Assembly: GCA_047285805.1 (NCBI GenBank)
Contig: JBJBCN010000002.1
Coordinates: 384,001 to 448,000, forward strand
Source of the DNA: Synechococcus sp.
GTDB taxonomy: Bacteria > Cyanobacteriota > Cyanobacteriia > PCC-6307 > Cyanobiaceae
DNA: 64,000 bases
Direction of reading: 5' to 3'
The position numbers and the translations under genes are program-made. This document shows positions 55,338 to 63,133 of the stretch, one piece after another; position 1 is the first letter of the stretch, and each line of letters opens with the position of its first letter. The notes under the pieces were generated by a model. The model made no database searches. It was given only the letters and a program-made list of their open reading frames with translations, and was not told the DNA's origin.

Positions 55338-56356
55338 AATGGGAAGCCTGTCAACATAGATCCTTGCCGAAGACTTGGTGACGGCCAAGCAAATACTTTG
55401 CACACATGCACCGGATCTATCGGGAACCTTGTCTGTATATCTACGTACCCGATCTGAATACCCTGCCTGTTCGCCGATTCAAGCAACTTGTTTCTCGTAT
55501 CTATACTGTACTTGTTCGACTCTATCCCTTCATGTCCTATATAGTCAATAACTTCACTCGTTCGTTCCACCGTATCTGTATACTCTTCATACTGAGCTGC
55601 GTAGAACCAGTCATCTCTCGAGGCTGCAATTCTCATCAACCACGTCTGCATTGCCTCAGCTATACAGTCAGTAATTGCTTGTTGTGGACAGTCACCAAGT
55701 CCAAATGCATTAAAGCCACCAGTGACACTTCTTTCTTTTGACTCAATTGAGCATACCGAAATAGGCCAAGCTGACTTATATACATAACACCTTAGGTCAC
55801 TCACCTTCTTCTTCATCTGAATAATCAACTCTCTATTGTGTGACGATAGATGATCTAAGCTTAACTCGTATCTCTCGGCCCTAGATATGATTACTCGTTC
55901 TACAACTTCTACCAAGCCAGATACTAACGCAAGCTCACTGTTAGTATGAGCACCAAGCCCAGTAGTACCCATTGGATACTTGTTTACCAGTCTAAGCGGA
56001 TTATTTAGCCTATACTCTACTGATTCTAATGGGAAATACTCGACAGATCCATTAAGAGCATTCTTACCAACTATACAGTTCACTTGATTAGATAATCTAT
56101 CATCTTTAATTGGCAAGCTACTCTGACGCCTGACTGTCTCATTGTCTACATTCTCTGACGCATATCTTTCAATTGCCTCAACTGCTGTTGCCAGCCACGC
56201 AGTTTCATCGGTCCATCCTTTACCGCTGTCAACAGTCAAGTGAATCGCGCTTGGCCGACATGACTGGTAGACATGAATTGGAAAGTCGTCATATCCGCTT
56301 ATACAACCAATCCTAGTAACCCCAATGTTATTCAATACAGACTCTATTTCACTCAT
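55334..56356 (-). CDS. YcaO-family protein 2
   Basis: IGVTRIG, SCRP...VDSGKG, VEAIERY, TTGLGA, EVVER, AEAMQT...IAASRDD. Confidence 0.88.
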   Translation of the reverse strand: MSEIESVLNNIGVTRIGCISGYDDFPIHVYQSCRPSAIHLTVDSGKGWTDETAWLATAVEAIERYASENVDNETVRRQSSLPIKDDRLSNQVNCIVGKNALNGSVEYFPLESVEYRLNNPLRLVNKYPMGTTGLGAHTNSELALVSGLVEVVERVIISRAERYELSLDHLSSHNRELIIQMKKKVSDLRCYVYKSAWPISVCSIESKERSVTGGFNAFGLGDCPQQAITDCIAEAMQTWLMRIAASRDDWFYAAQYEEYTDTVERTSEVIDYIGHEGIESNKYSIDTRNKLLESANRQGIQIGYVDIQTRFPIDPVHVCKVFAWPSPSLRQGSMLTGFPL

Positions 56357-57725
56357 TGTAAAATCCTTTCAGAAGTGCCGAGATCGACTGATAGCATCTC
56401 TCTTCATCAAGCAGGGTTATAATCTGTCCGAACTCATAGCCTCTTCTATCTCGGATGCACTCGTCCAGTATTACACTTAGGAGTACATACCATCTATCCT
56501 TATAACCACATGACTTTAACCATCCACTGTCAAAACTAGCCATATCAGCGCTGGGATTCACCAATCGATATCTGCTTCTCCAAGCAAGATATACGAGGGG
56601 GTCGTCACTCTTGGTCGATCTATCCAATACTGGGATCGTTATATCTTGTCTTTGGCCCAAATACATTCTTATAATATTCTCATAGCTCACCTCTGCCCCT
56701 CTACCTATAAGTCTAAATTCTGGCCCCGACTCGATCTGACAATTGTATCTCCGGATAATACCTTCGCAATAACTTGCCCGTAAGATATCATTATCTATAT
56801 TGCAATTCCCGAACACCTTAATCTTATCTGCTAGTTGACTTATGTTGATATAAGCTCCTCTTTTCTCGTCCCAGCCTGTTTCCACAATACACTCCTCTTC
56901 GACATATTCTGGCAAGCCGTTCCACCTATTTACTATGGGCATACACCCATTGAGTGCACACTCGATAACGACCTTTCCTTGCGTCTCTTCCGTCGTCGTA
57001 GAAAGTACTATGCAAAGTGAACTCTCTCTAAATAACAAGTCCCTCTGTCCTGTATCTGAATCAAATATCCATTCTATACATACATTTTGATCATTAGCCA
57101 CTTGCTTTAGTTGATTCAAATAATGATAGCTCTTCTCCGATTGATCAGAAAAGAGACATATAGCCATCGTTGGTTTCTTACGTAGAAGCCCGACAGCTCT
57201 GATGGAGTCTACAATATTCTTCGTATATTCAAGTCTTGATACAACTACTATTCGATTCTTTCTCGCTTCGATGTGCGCACTTTTCAAGGAGGATATACGT
57301 ACTGGCTTAACGATGCCCCTCACTCTTGCACCTACTGGTAGGAAGTTCTCTACAAGATCCTTAGAAAAGACCGTGTTAAATACTAATGTATCTCCAGAAC
57401 TCATGAGTAGCACTACAGACCTTATGTATTTCAAGCGACTAACTATAGTATTAATATAGTAGTGCAGGGTTATATCCTTCCGAGCTCTGTTCCTCCACTC
57501 CATTAAATCATCCCAATACTCGCATACAAACATTGATGGCCATATCTCAATATCGTTAAAATGGGACAGGTAGCTTTCCAGGCTACCTATCTCTTCCTTG
57601 CAACTAAAACTATATACTAATACGTTAATCCCTTCCCTTGACCTGTCAGACACGAAATAGTCATTGAACACCTTGGCTGTTGCATTCTCGTTCTCTGACC
57701 CGTGAACTAACCGTACTATAACCAT
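56349..57725 (-). CDS. GT4-like (GT-B fold) glycosyltransferase
   Basis: VVVSRLEYTKNI and EETQGKVVIECALNGCMPIVNRWNGLPEYV (E-x7-E signature). Confidence 0.8.
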   Translation of the reverse strand: MVIVRLVHGSENENATAKVFNDYFVSDRSREGINVLVYSFSCKEEIGSLESYLSHFNDIEIWPSMFVCEYWDDLMEWRNRARKDITLHYYINTIVSRLKYIRSVVLLMSSGDTLVFNTVFSKDLVENFLPVGARVRGIVKPVRISSLKSAHIEARKNRIVVVSRLEYTKNIVDSIRAVGLLRKKPTMAICLFSDQSEKSYHYLNQLKQVANDQNVCIEWIFDSDTGQRDLLFRESSLCIVLSTTTEETQGKVVIECALNGCMPIVNRWNGLPEYVEEECIVETGWDEKRGAYINISQLADKIKVFGNCNIDNDILRASYCEGIIRRYNCQIESGPEFRLIGRGAEVSYENIIRMYLGQRQDITIPVLDRSTKSDDPLVYLAWRSRYRLVNPSADMASFDSGWLKSCGYKDRWYVLLSVILDECIRDRRGYEFGQIITLLDEERCYQSISALLKGFYNE

Positions 57726-59287
57726 CTACTTCTCTCCATACAAATATACATTATGGCTAACTGCCACATATCATGGAAGTACAATCCAAGCACATCATCT
57801 GTATTGCCTATCCAGAATAGATTCTTATTAAGTAGTGATCTCACATCCTTTACAGCTCTAAGGGCTTCCCCCTCTTCCAACGAATCAATATATAGTAAGT
57901 GTGGCCTCAACTGCTGTTCTTGACGCAAGAAAGTATTCCACTCTCTTACCCATTCTTCATATCTCTTACAGGCTAGAAGTTCCTCAAACAGTCTATTCCT
58001 ACCATAGCTATGGAATAGTACGTTTCCAGCCAGAAACTCTAGCAATATAAACAACCTCTCCTCATTCTCTATGTCTATAGACTCACCTCTGCATACACAG
58101 TCAACTATATGCTTCTCGTACCTACCCTTGAAGACCTGGCTACATATCCGCTCATCTCTCACATCTAATACACAATCTAACCACTCAACGGCAGAACTAG
58201 TAAACGATATTGCATCTTCTTTGCTTATCGTGGCTCCAGACGAGTTCGATCCACATTGAACTACTTTGTACCTTCTTATTGAATCATAAAGCCATTCCGA
58301 TTCTATTCTGTCTGTAAATGACCGTACTTCAATTGGAGGCTGTCTTTCGGCTCTAAGTATTTTACTCACGGCATCCTGCCTACAGAACATTGAGGTAACT
58401 TCACATTCTTCACTGCTTGTCTGACCTTTTAGCCTCGCCATGTCATCCACTAGGCTCCTCGTCCAAGTCTTTATGTATAATTCATGAACAATAGCGGGTG
58501 AACGTAAAAAGCAAAATATCATAAAATTGGAGATCGTATTAGCATGATCTGAACTCTCCGATATATTCACGACACGCGAATCTTTACTTAGCTGCCTTGG
58601 AATATATGGAGTCCATGCAACACTAATGTTGGAAACTGTATTACTTTTCCCCAACTCGCCTAGCCTATAAAGCGTTAAGAGGCTCTCTAGATCATTTCGT
58701 TTCTGGGACTGAAAACGATCTACGCATCTATTACTAGCCTCTTTCCCAATTAATGCTTCCATATCTTTCTTTATCTTACCCCATGTTCTTTGCTCAAAAT
58801 AACACAACTTCTCTCTTTCTATAAGGATACTCTTGATTTCACGATCTATCATGCCAACATCTTCCAAATGGTTAAGCCAGAAATATATCTCTACAAATGC
58901 CACCGTTGTTGGTTTCCAGCCTTCATCCTCTCCCATATGCAATAGCGCGACGTCGGAATCGTCACGTATACCATTCTTAAAATATTCATATATCTTGCCG
59001 TAGCCCTTCATTCCAAAACAATCTAGTTCTGAGGCTCTTAGTGCACCAAGGGAGGAGACCCCATAAATATTCTTGCCAGCCTCCAGAGTTAATAAAAACT
59101 CTTTGTGCCACGGTGCAGGTATTGTCTTGTATAACCCGTCTGCAACAATTATGTTCTCAATATCTTTATCTGTGAGATCTTCGAATAAATCAGACTGCTT
59201 GCATGGGCCTTTTAATGTTATTCCTTCAACTAGTGATTCTTTGATTCCATAAAGGCTTGGACCAGCGTATAAGACTGTATTTGACAT
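57716..59287 (-). CDS. TfuA-like protein 1 with C-terminal extension
   Basis: LYAGPSL, GPCKQSDL, ADGLY...PWHKE, GVSSLGALRASEL, GMKGYGKIY, DDSDVALLH, SQKRND. Confidence 0.92.
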   Translation of the reverse strand: MSNTVLYAGPSLYGIKESLVEGITLKGPCKQSDLFEDLTDKDIENIIVADGLYKTIPAPWHKEFLLTLEAGKNIYGVSSLGALRASELDCFGMKGYGKIYEYFKNGIRDDSDVALLHMGEDEGWKPTTVAFVEIYFWLNHLEDVGMIDREIKSILIEREKLCYFEQRTWGKIKKDMEALIGKEASNRCVDRFQSQKRNDLESLLTLYRLGELGKSNTVSNISVAWTPYIPRQLSKDSRVVNISESSDHANTISNFMIFCFLRSPAIVHELYIKTWTRSLVDDMARLKGQTSSEECEVTSMFCRQDAVSKILRAERQPPIEVRSFTDRIESEWLYDSIRRYKVVQCGSNSSGATISKEDAISFTSSAVEWLDCVLDVRDERICSQVFKGRYEKHIVDCVCRGESIDIENEERLFILLEFLAGNVLFHSYGRNRLFEELLACKRYEEWVREWNTFLRQEQQLRPHLLYIDSLEEGEALRAVKDVRSLLNKNLFWIGNTDDVLGLYFHDMWQLAIMYICMERSRWL

Positions 59288-60468
59288 TATCCAGCTGCCG
59301 GTGAATGTATCTCTCTTGAGATCAAGTTAGCACTTTCAAGATTAAGTCCACCAAGTCGACTCAGATTTCTATATCCATTGTAATTATACCCATGAAGCCC
59401 TTCAACAAGTACCCTTACAACGTGAATCATCTCGTCAGCTTGATCATACGTGTGTATATAAATGCTCTCTCCATGTTCACGCACTACTTCATCCACGATC
59501 TGTTCTAATGATGGATTATCTCCTAGTGTCCCCTTCCTTAAATCGACCCCATCCCCTACTCTCTTCCCAATCTTGTCCTTAGGAAATGTAGTCAGATATA
59601 GATCCTTGTTCATATCTTCTCTAGATCCCGAAATTGATATTACTCTTGCTTGGTGAGCTTCTGTTATTGCCCTGGTTGCTGCAATTACTCCGTTTGTATA
59701 AGTACCATATCCACACCATGCTTGCATGCCATCCGATATGAGGCACTTATAAGTCGGAAATGCTTCCCAAATAGTGTTATCGTACAAACCAACGACTATA
59801 TTGCTATCTACTGACAACTTATCTCCCAATACCTTCAGTTCTCCTTCTTTCAGCACTGCGCTATCAACTTCTATATCTGTCGATCGCCCATTCTGTTCAT
59901 TCAACGTTATACAATGTCTTTCTATTACCTCGTGTATACCTGATCTGCATGCATCATCCCAGCTTATCCCCGACGCTAGTCCATTTGATGACAAATAAAA
60001 GCATCCTCTTTTTCTCGGATTTGTCATCCTTCTAAAATCCAGGCTTACGCTGTCAAACGGTATGTAAACTTCTTCCTTTGTGATCATGTCAATCGCCGTT
60101 GACCATTTTTCCTTGCTATTTCTTGTATAATCGATCATTGTTATAGCCAAACGATCTACCGAGCATATTCGACCTTCTAACTCACTCTCTTTACATTCTA
60201 TAGTCCAATCTGCTTCTTCTGCGATATGGCATTCAAAGCTTTCCATTAATGCAGATATATTTGCTTGCAGCTGAGTAACACCTTTGCCTCCACTCTGCGA
60301 CAACACTTTTGAATTTGGCCTGTAGGCTATTGATACACCTAATTCTTCTTTTACAAACCCACTAATACTTGCCAACCGTGATACAGAAAACTTACTCTTG
60401 ATCGTATTTAGATACGTGAGCAAACTCTCTGATGCAGTCTTGTTTTCCTTAATTCTGGTTTCAATCAC
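59287..60468 (-). CDS. YcaO-family protein 1
   Basis: VSRLA, YRPNS...SQSGGKG, ALMESFE, SSNGLASG, HEVIERH, RAITEAHQAR...ISGSRED. Confidence 0.92.
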   Translation of the reverse strand: MIETRIKENKTASESLLTYLNTIKSKFSVSRLASISGFVKEELGVSIAYRPNSKVLSQSGGKGVTQLQANISALMESFECHIAEEADWTIECKESELEGRICSVDRLAITMIDYTRNSKEKWSTAIDMITKEEVYIPFDSVSLDFRRMTNPRKRGCFYLSSNGLASGISWDDACRSGIHEVIERHCITLNEQNGRSTDIEVDSAVLKEGELKVLGDKLSVDSNIVVGLYDNTIWEAFPTYKCLISDGMQAWCGYGTYTNGVIAATRAITEAHQARVISISGSREDMNKDLYLTTFPKDKIGKRVGDGVDLRKGTLGDNPSLEQIVDEVVREHGESIYIHTYDQADEMIHVVRVLVEGLHGYNYNGYRNLSRLGGLNLESANLISREIHSPAAG

Positions 60469-60472
60469 GCTT

Positions 60473-60516
60473 AAAAAAAAAAGCTGACGATCGCTCGCAA
60501 TGGCGATTGTCAGCTT
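60473..60516 (-). terminator. Intrinsic terminator/attenuator between precursor and ycaO
   Basis: Minus strand AAGCTGACAATCGC-loop-GCGATCGTCAGCTT running into a 10-T tract. Confidence 0.85.
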
Positions 60517-60540
60517 ATCTTATCTTGTTTGAACTACAGG

Positions 60541-60750
60541 TTATGCGCCAGCAGCACCAGCTGCAACACCAACTCCTGCCCATTCGACAGTGCTCCCACC
60601 AGCGGCCTTTTGAAGGTCTACACCGCGCGTCTTGACAGCCTCAGCCATGTGCTCCTTTTGGAATTTGCTCCCAATCTGACCCATGAGCTCCGGCGTAGGA
60701 CCACTCTTCTTGAGTTCATCCAGAAAAGCATGAGCGTTTTCGACTGACAT
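60541..60750 (-). CDS. RiPP precursor: Nif11-like leader, double-glycine site, 17-aa core STVEWAGVGVAAGAAGA
   Basis: MSVENAHAFL resembles Nif11-type leader starts; DLQKAAGG matches the (E/D)L-x-x-(V/A)-x-GG C39 cleavage consensus; directly upstream of ycaO. Confidence 0.88.
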   Translation of the reverse strand: MSVENAHAFLDELKKSGPTPELMGQIGSKFQKEHMAEAVKTRGVDLQKAAGGSTVEWAGVGVAAGAAGA

Positions 60751-60820
60751 GATTTACATGCGGGTACCTTGTAAGGCTAGCCATGGCCTTGATGGATGCC
60801 AACTCGCATGTAACGAAAGG

Positions 60821-61483
60821 CTAATCTTTGCTAGACCCCCATACTGCTGAGGTGCATTCTTTGATACCAAGCTTCTTTCTCACCGCTTCAGTCTTAAGCG
60901 ATAGATCATCTTCTAAATGTCTTAAGCCACAGTATTGACTTGCTTCAAGCCCTTTGGACAACCCATCAATCATTGCTTTTATATGTTGCATGCTTTCCTT
61001 TGTCGGCTCCTTTAAATGACTTGCAATCACTTTAAATAATATAATTGCTGATAGGGTCGTCATTGATTGACCTGCGTAGAAAGCCTGAAGCGCAGTTTCA
61101 CCAAACGGTGTCGTATTGTAGCCAGTAAGCACATGTAGGATGTCGTGCGTATGTCGTAATCTTGTCCTTACATATTCTTGCCGGCTCATTTGAGAGTTCA
61201 CTGGAAACCTTATCATTCCAGGAATACTATGTATAAACTCTTGCTCTTCAGACATTCTCATCAGATGCATTCCGAGATCTTTCCCTAATGTTCCCTCCTC
61301 CATGAATATCAGGTCATCGAGACTGTACTCAGAAGGTCTCCACCTTTCCATAGCATCATCTGCAATAAATGAGTGCAGATGAACGACCTTCCACTGATTC
61401 GAGGCCGCTAATTCCTCCGCTTCAACCCTGATCTCACCAAGTTGGACATCTCTTTTAAACAGATCACCTATTTGTAGTGCCAT
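60821..61483 (-). CDS. Coq4-family protein
   Basis: EGTLG and RLRHTHDILHVLTGY...GETALQAF (HDxxH...E metal motif). Confidence 0.85.
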   Translation of the reverse strand: MALQIGDLFKRDVQLGEIRVEAEELAASNQWKVVHLHSFIADDAMERWRPSEYSLDDLIFMEEGTLGKDLGMHLMRMSEEQEFIHSIPGMIRFPVNSQMSRQEYVRTRLRHTHDILHVLTGYNTTPFGETALQAFYAGQSMTTLSAIILFKVIASHLKEPTKESMQHIKAMIDGLSKGLEASQYCGLRHLEDDLSLKTEAVRKKLGIKECTSAVWGSSKD

Positions 61484-61530
61484 TCATAGTCTCATTTCTT
61501 ACACTATACACACTATGTCGCCAGTCTTAA

Positions 61531-62334
61531 ATGTCTTCATCATTTGATGTTTATCGTTTTTTTGATCGTCACCCATCGTTTGACTGCATCCTTCCTCTTT
61601 CTTCGTCTAGCTACTTAGTCCGTTCTGGCTCTACATTCTATTCTTGTCATCATTTCGTCACCTTTCATTCGCTTCACAGTCTTTATAGCCTTTACCTTCA
61701 TTTTCTTACCCTCTCTCAATCTACTTTTATCTCCCTGCCCCCATTGTCTGAGATCTTCCAGCTTCCTGATAACAGTTGTTTGCTCATAACTGAGTTTATT
61801 TCTGGTCGTAGACCCTCCTTTTCTGAGCTCTCGTTTCTTCTGCCAGAAATGGTTTCATTTGGTTTAACGGCTACATCTTCCTCTCCACCTTCTGATCACC
61901 TTATTCCTAAAACCCCTAACTCCTTTGAGCTTTTGCGAGCTCAAATACAAGCTTCTCCTTGCTTTCACTCCCTACCCGCTTGTCTTTCACGCTTTCTCTT
62001 GCTTGACCCTCCTCATGGTTCCCTTTCTTTTTGCCATGGAGATTTTTTGCCTCAGAATCTTGTCATTGATCGTCATGACAATGTTTTTCTAATTGATTGG
62101 GAGTTGACAGGTCTCTCCATCCAGCAGTTTGACCTTGGCTGGCTCAATGCTTATTGCATTCTCTCTAGCCTCTCGCTCCCATTTGCTGAATCATCATATC
62201 CCCACGCACTTGATTATTTCACCAGATTTGGGCTGGTTCGATTTGCTTATCGAATCCTCCAGCAGTCGCTTCCTCAAAAGATGACTAGTGAGCGGATGCT
62301 CACTATCATCTCTCTTTTTAATAGATCTATCTGA
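61531..62334 (+). CDS. Aminoglycoside-phosphotransferase (APH)/choline-kinase-like protein
   Basis: LITEFISG, CHGDFLPQNL, LIDWE, FDLG motifs. Confidence 0.82.
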   Translation: MSSSFDVYRFFDRHPSFDCILPLSSSSYLVRSGSTFYSCHHFVTFHSLHSLYSLYLHFLTLSQSTFISLPPLSEIFQLPDNSCLLITEFISGRRPSFSELSFLLPEMVSFGLTATSSSPPSDHLIPKTPNSFELLRAQIQASPCFHSLPACLSRFLLLDPPHGSLSFCHGDFLPQNLVIDRHDNVFLIDWELTGLSIQQFDLGWLNAYCILSSLSLPFAESSYPHALDYFTRFGLVRFAYRILQQSLPQKMTSERMLTIISLFNRSI

Positions 62335-63133
62335 CGGCTATCTCCTTTTATCTTCCTGCCTTGTATTACCTGTGGAATCTGTTGGGACAAACTTTGTTTC
62401 TTGACCTTAACCTCAAGTGTAGCTTCTTTGCCCTTGCCTGCCTTTTTCTTGCTTACTCTTGGGCATCGCTTTGATGTCCTTTTCTTATTACGTACTCCCA
62501 CTTTTTGTTATTTGTCTCTCTCCGGTTCTGCGTATTTCATCATGCGCGGGTGTCGTCCATTAATCATAGACTCTCTCCTTATTCCTGTTTCACTCTCTTT
62601 ACTCTTTGCTATTTCTATTTCATACAACCTCTCTAATTCACTATGCACTCTAGCGCTTTCAGTGCTGATCTTTTGTGCGTCTTCTCTGTCGCTCACCTTT
62701 CGCTCCTGAGAGTTGTTTCTTTGCATAGCTTTTACGCTGCTGTTGCATTGTTGTTTAATTCCGCCCACTTAATGACGCCTTGCTCGTCATAGAATGTCTC
62801 TTGCAGTACTCCTGGGATGAGTCTATCCTTATCATTGCACATATCTATTGTAACTCCCTCTGTCTTTGTTCACTGACCCGAGACACCATAATATACAAGT
62901 CGGTCGCTAGTTGCTCTTGCGGCACTAACTAACCTGCTCTTTTGATCTGCTCTCGCTTCCTAGTCTTGCCTACACTTTCGTCGAGTGGAATCTGTATTGT
63001 TGCCCAGCCACTTTGGCCCCGGATCACAACTTCCCCCTGCTATCACGCTATTCTCCTCTCAGTCTTCCAGTGCAATTATAAAAACTCGTCGGACAGGGCT
63101 GACAAACCTTTGTCCCTTGCCTTGTTGAAGTGC

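Larger units (their letters stand above)
44165..63130. mobile_element. AT-rich genomic island carrying a RiPP cluster (no integrase seen)
   Basis: Abrupt fall in GC near 44160, recovering near 63130; foreign codon usage; pseudogene debris at the left edge; flanked by core ppa and M32 carboxypeptidase. Confidence 0.85.

Noticed and set aside
53982..60750. Cluster as a prochlorosin/lanthipeptide or thiazole-oxazole (TOMM/cyanobactin) pathway
   Set aside because: No LanM, cyclodehydratase E1 partner or dehydrogenase; the core has no Cys; both YcaOs are paired with TfuA.
62335..63130. Small ORFs (62401-62709 hydrophobic; 62274-62501 and 62508-62768 basic) as immunity proteins or extra precursors
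   Set aside because: Their composition follows directly from the extreme C/T strand bias, and there is no double-glycine leader. A decayed membrane gene cannot be excluded.
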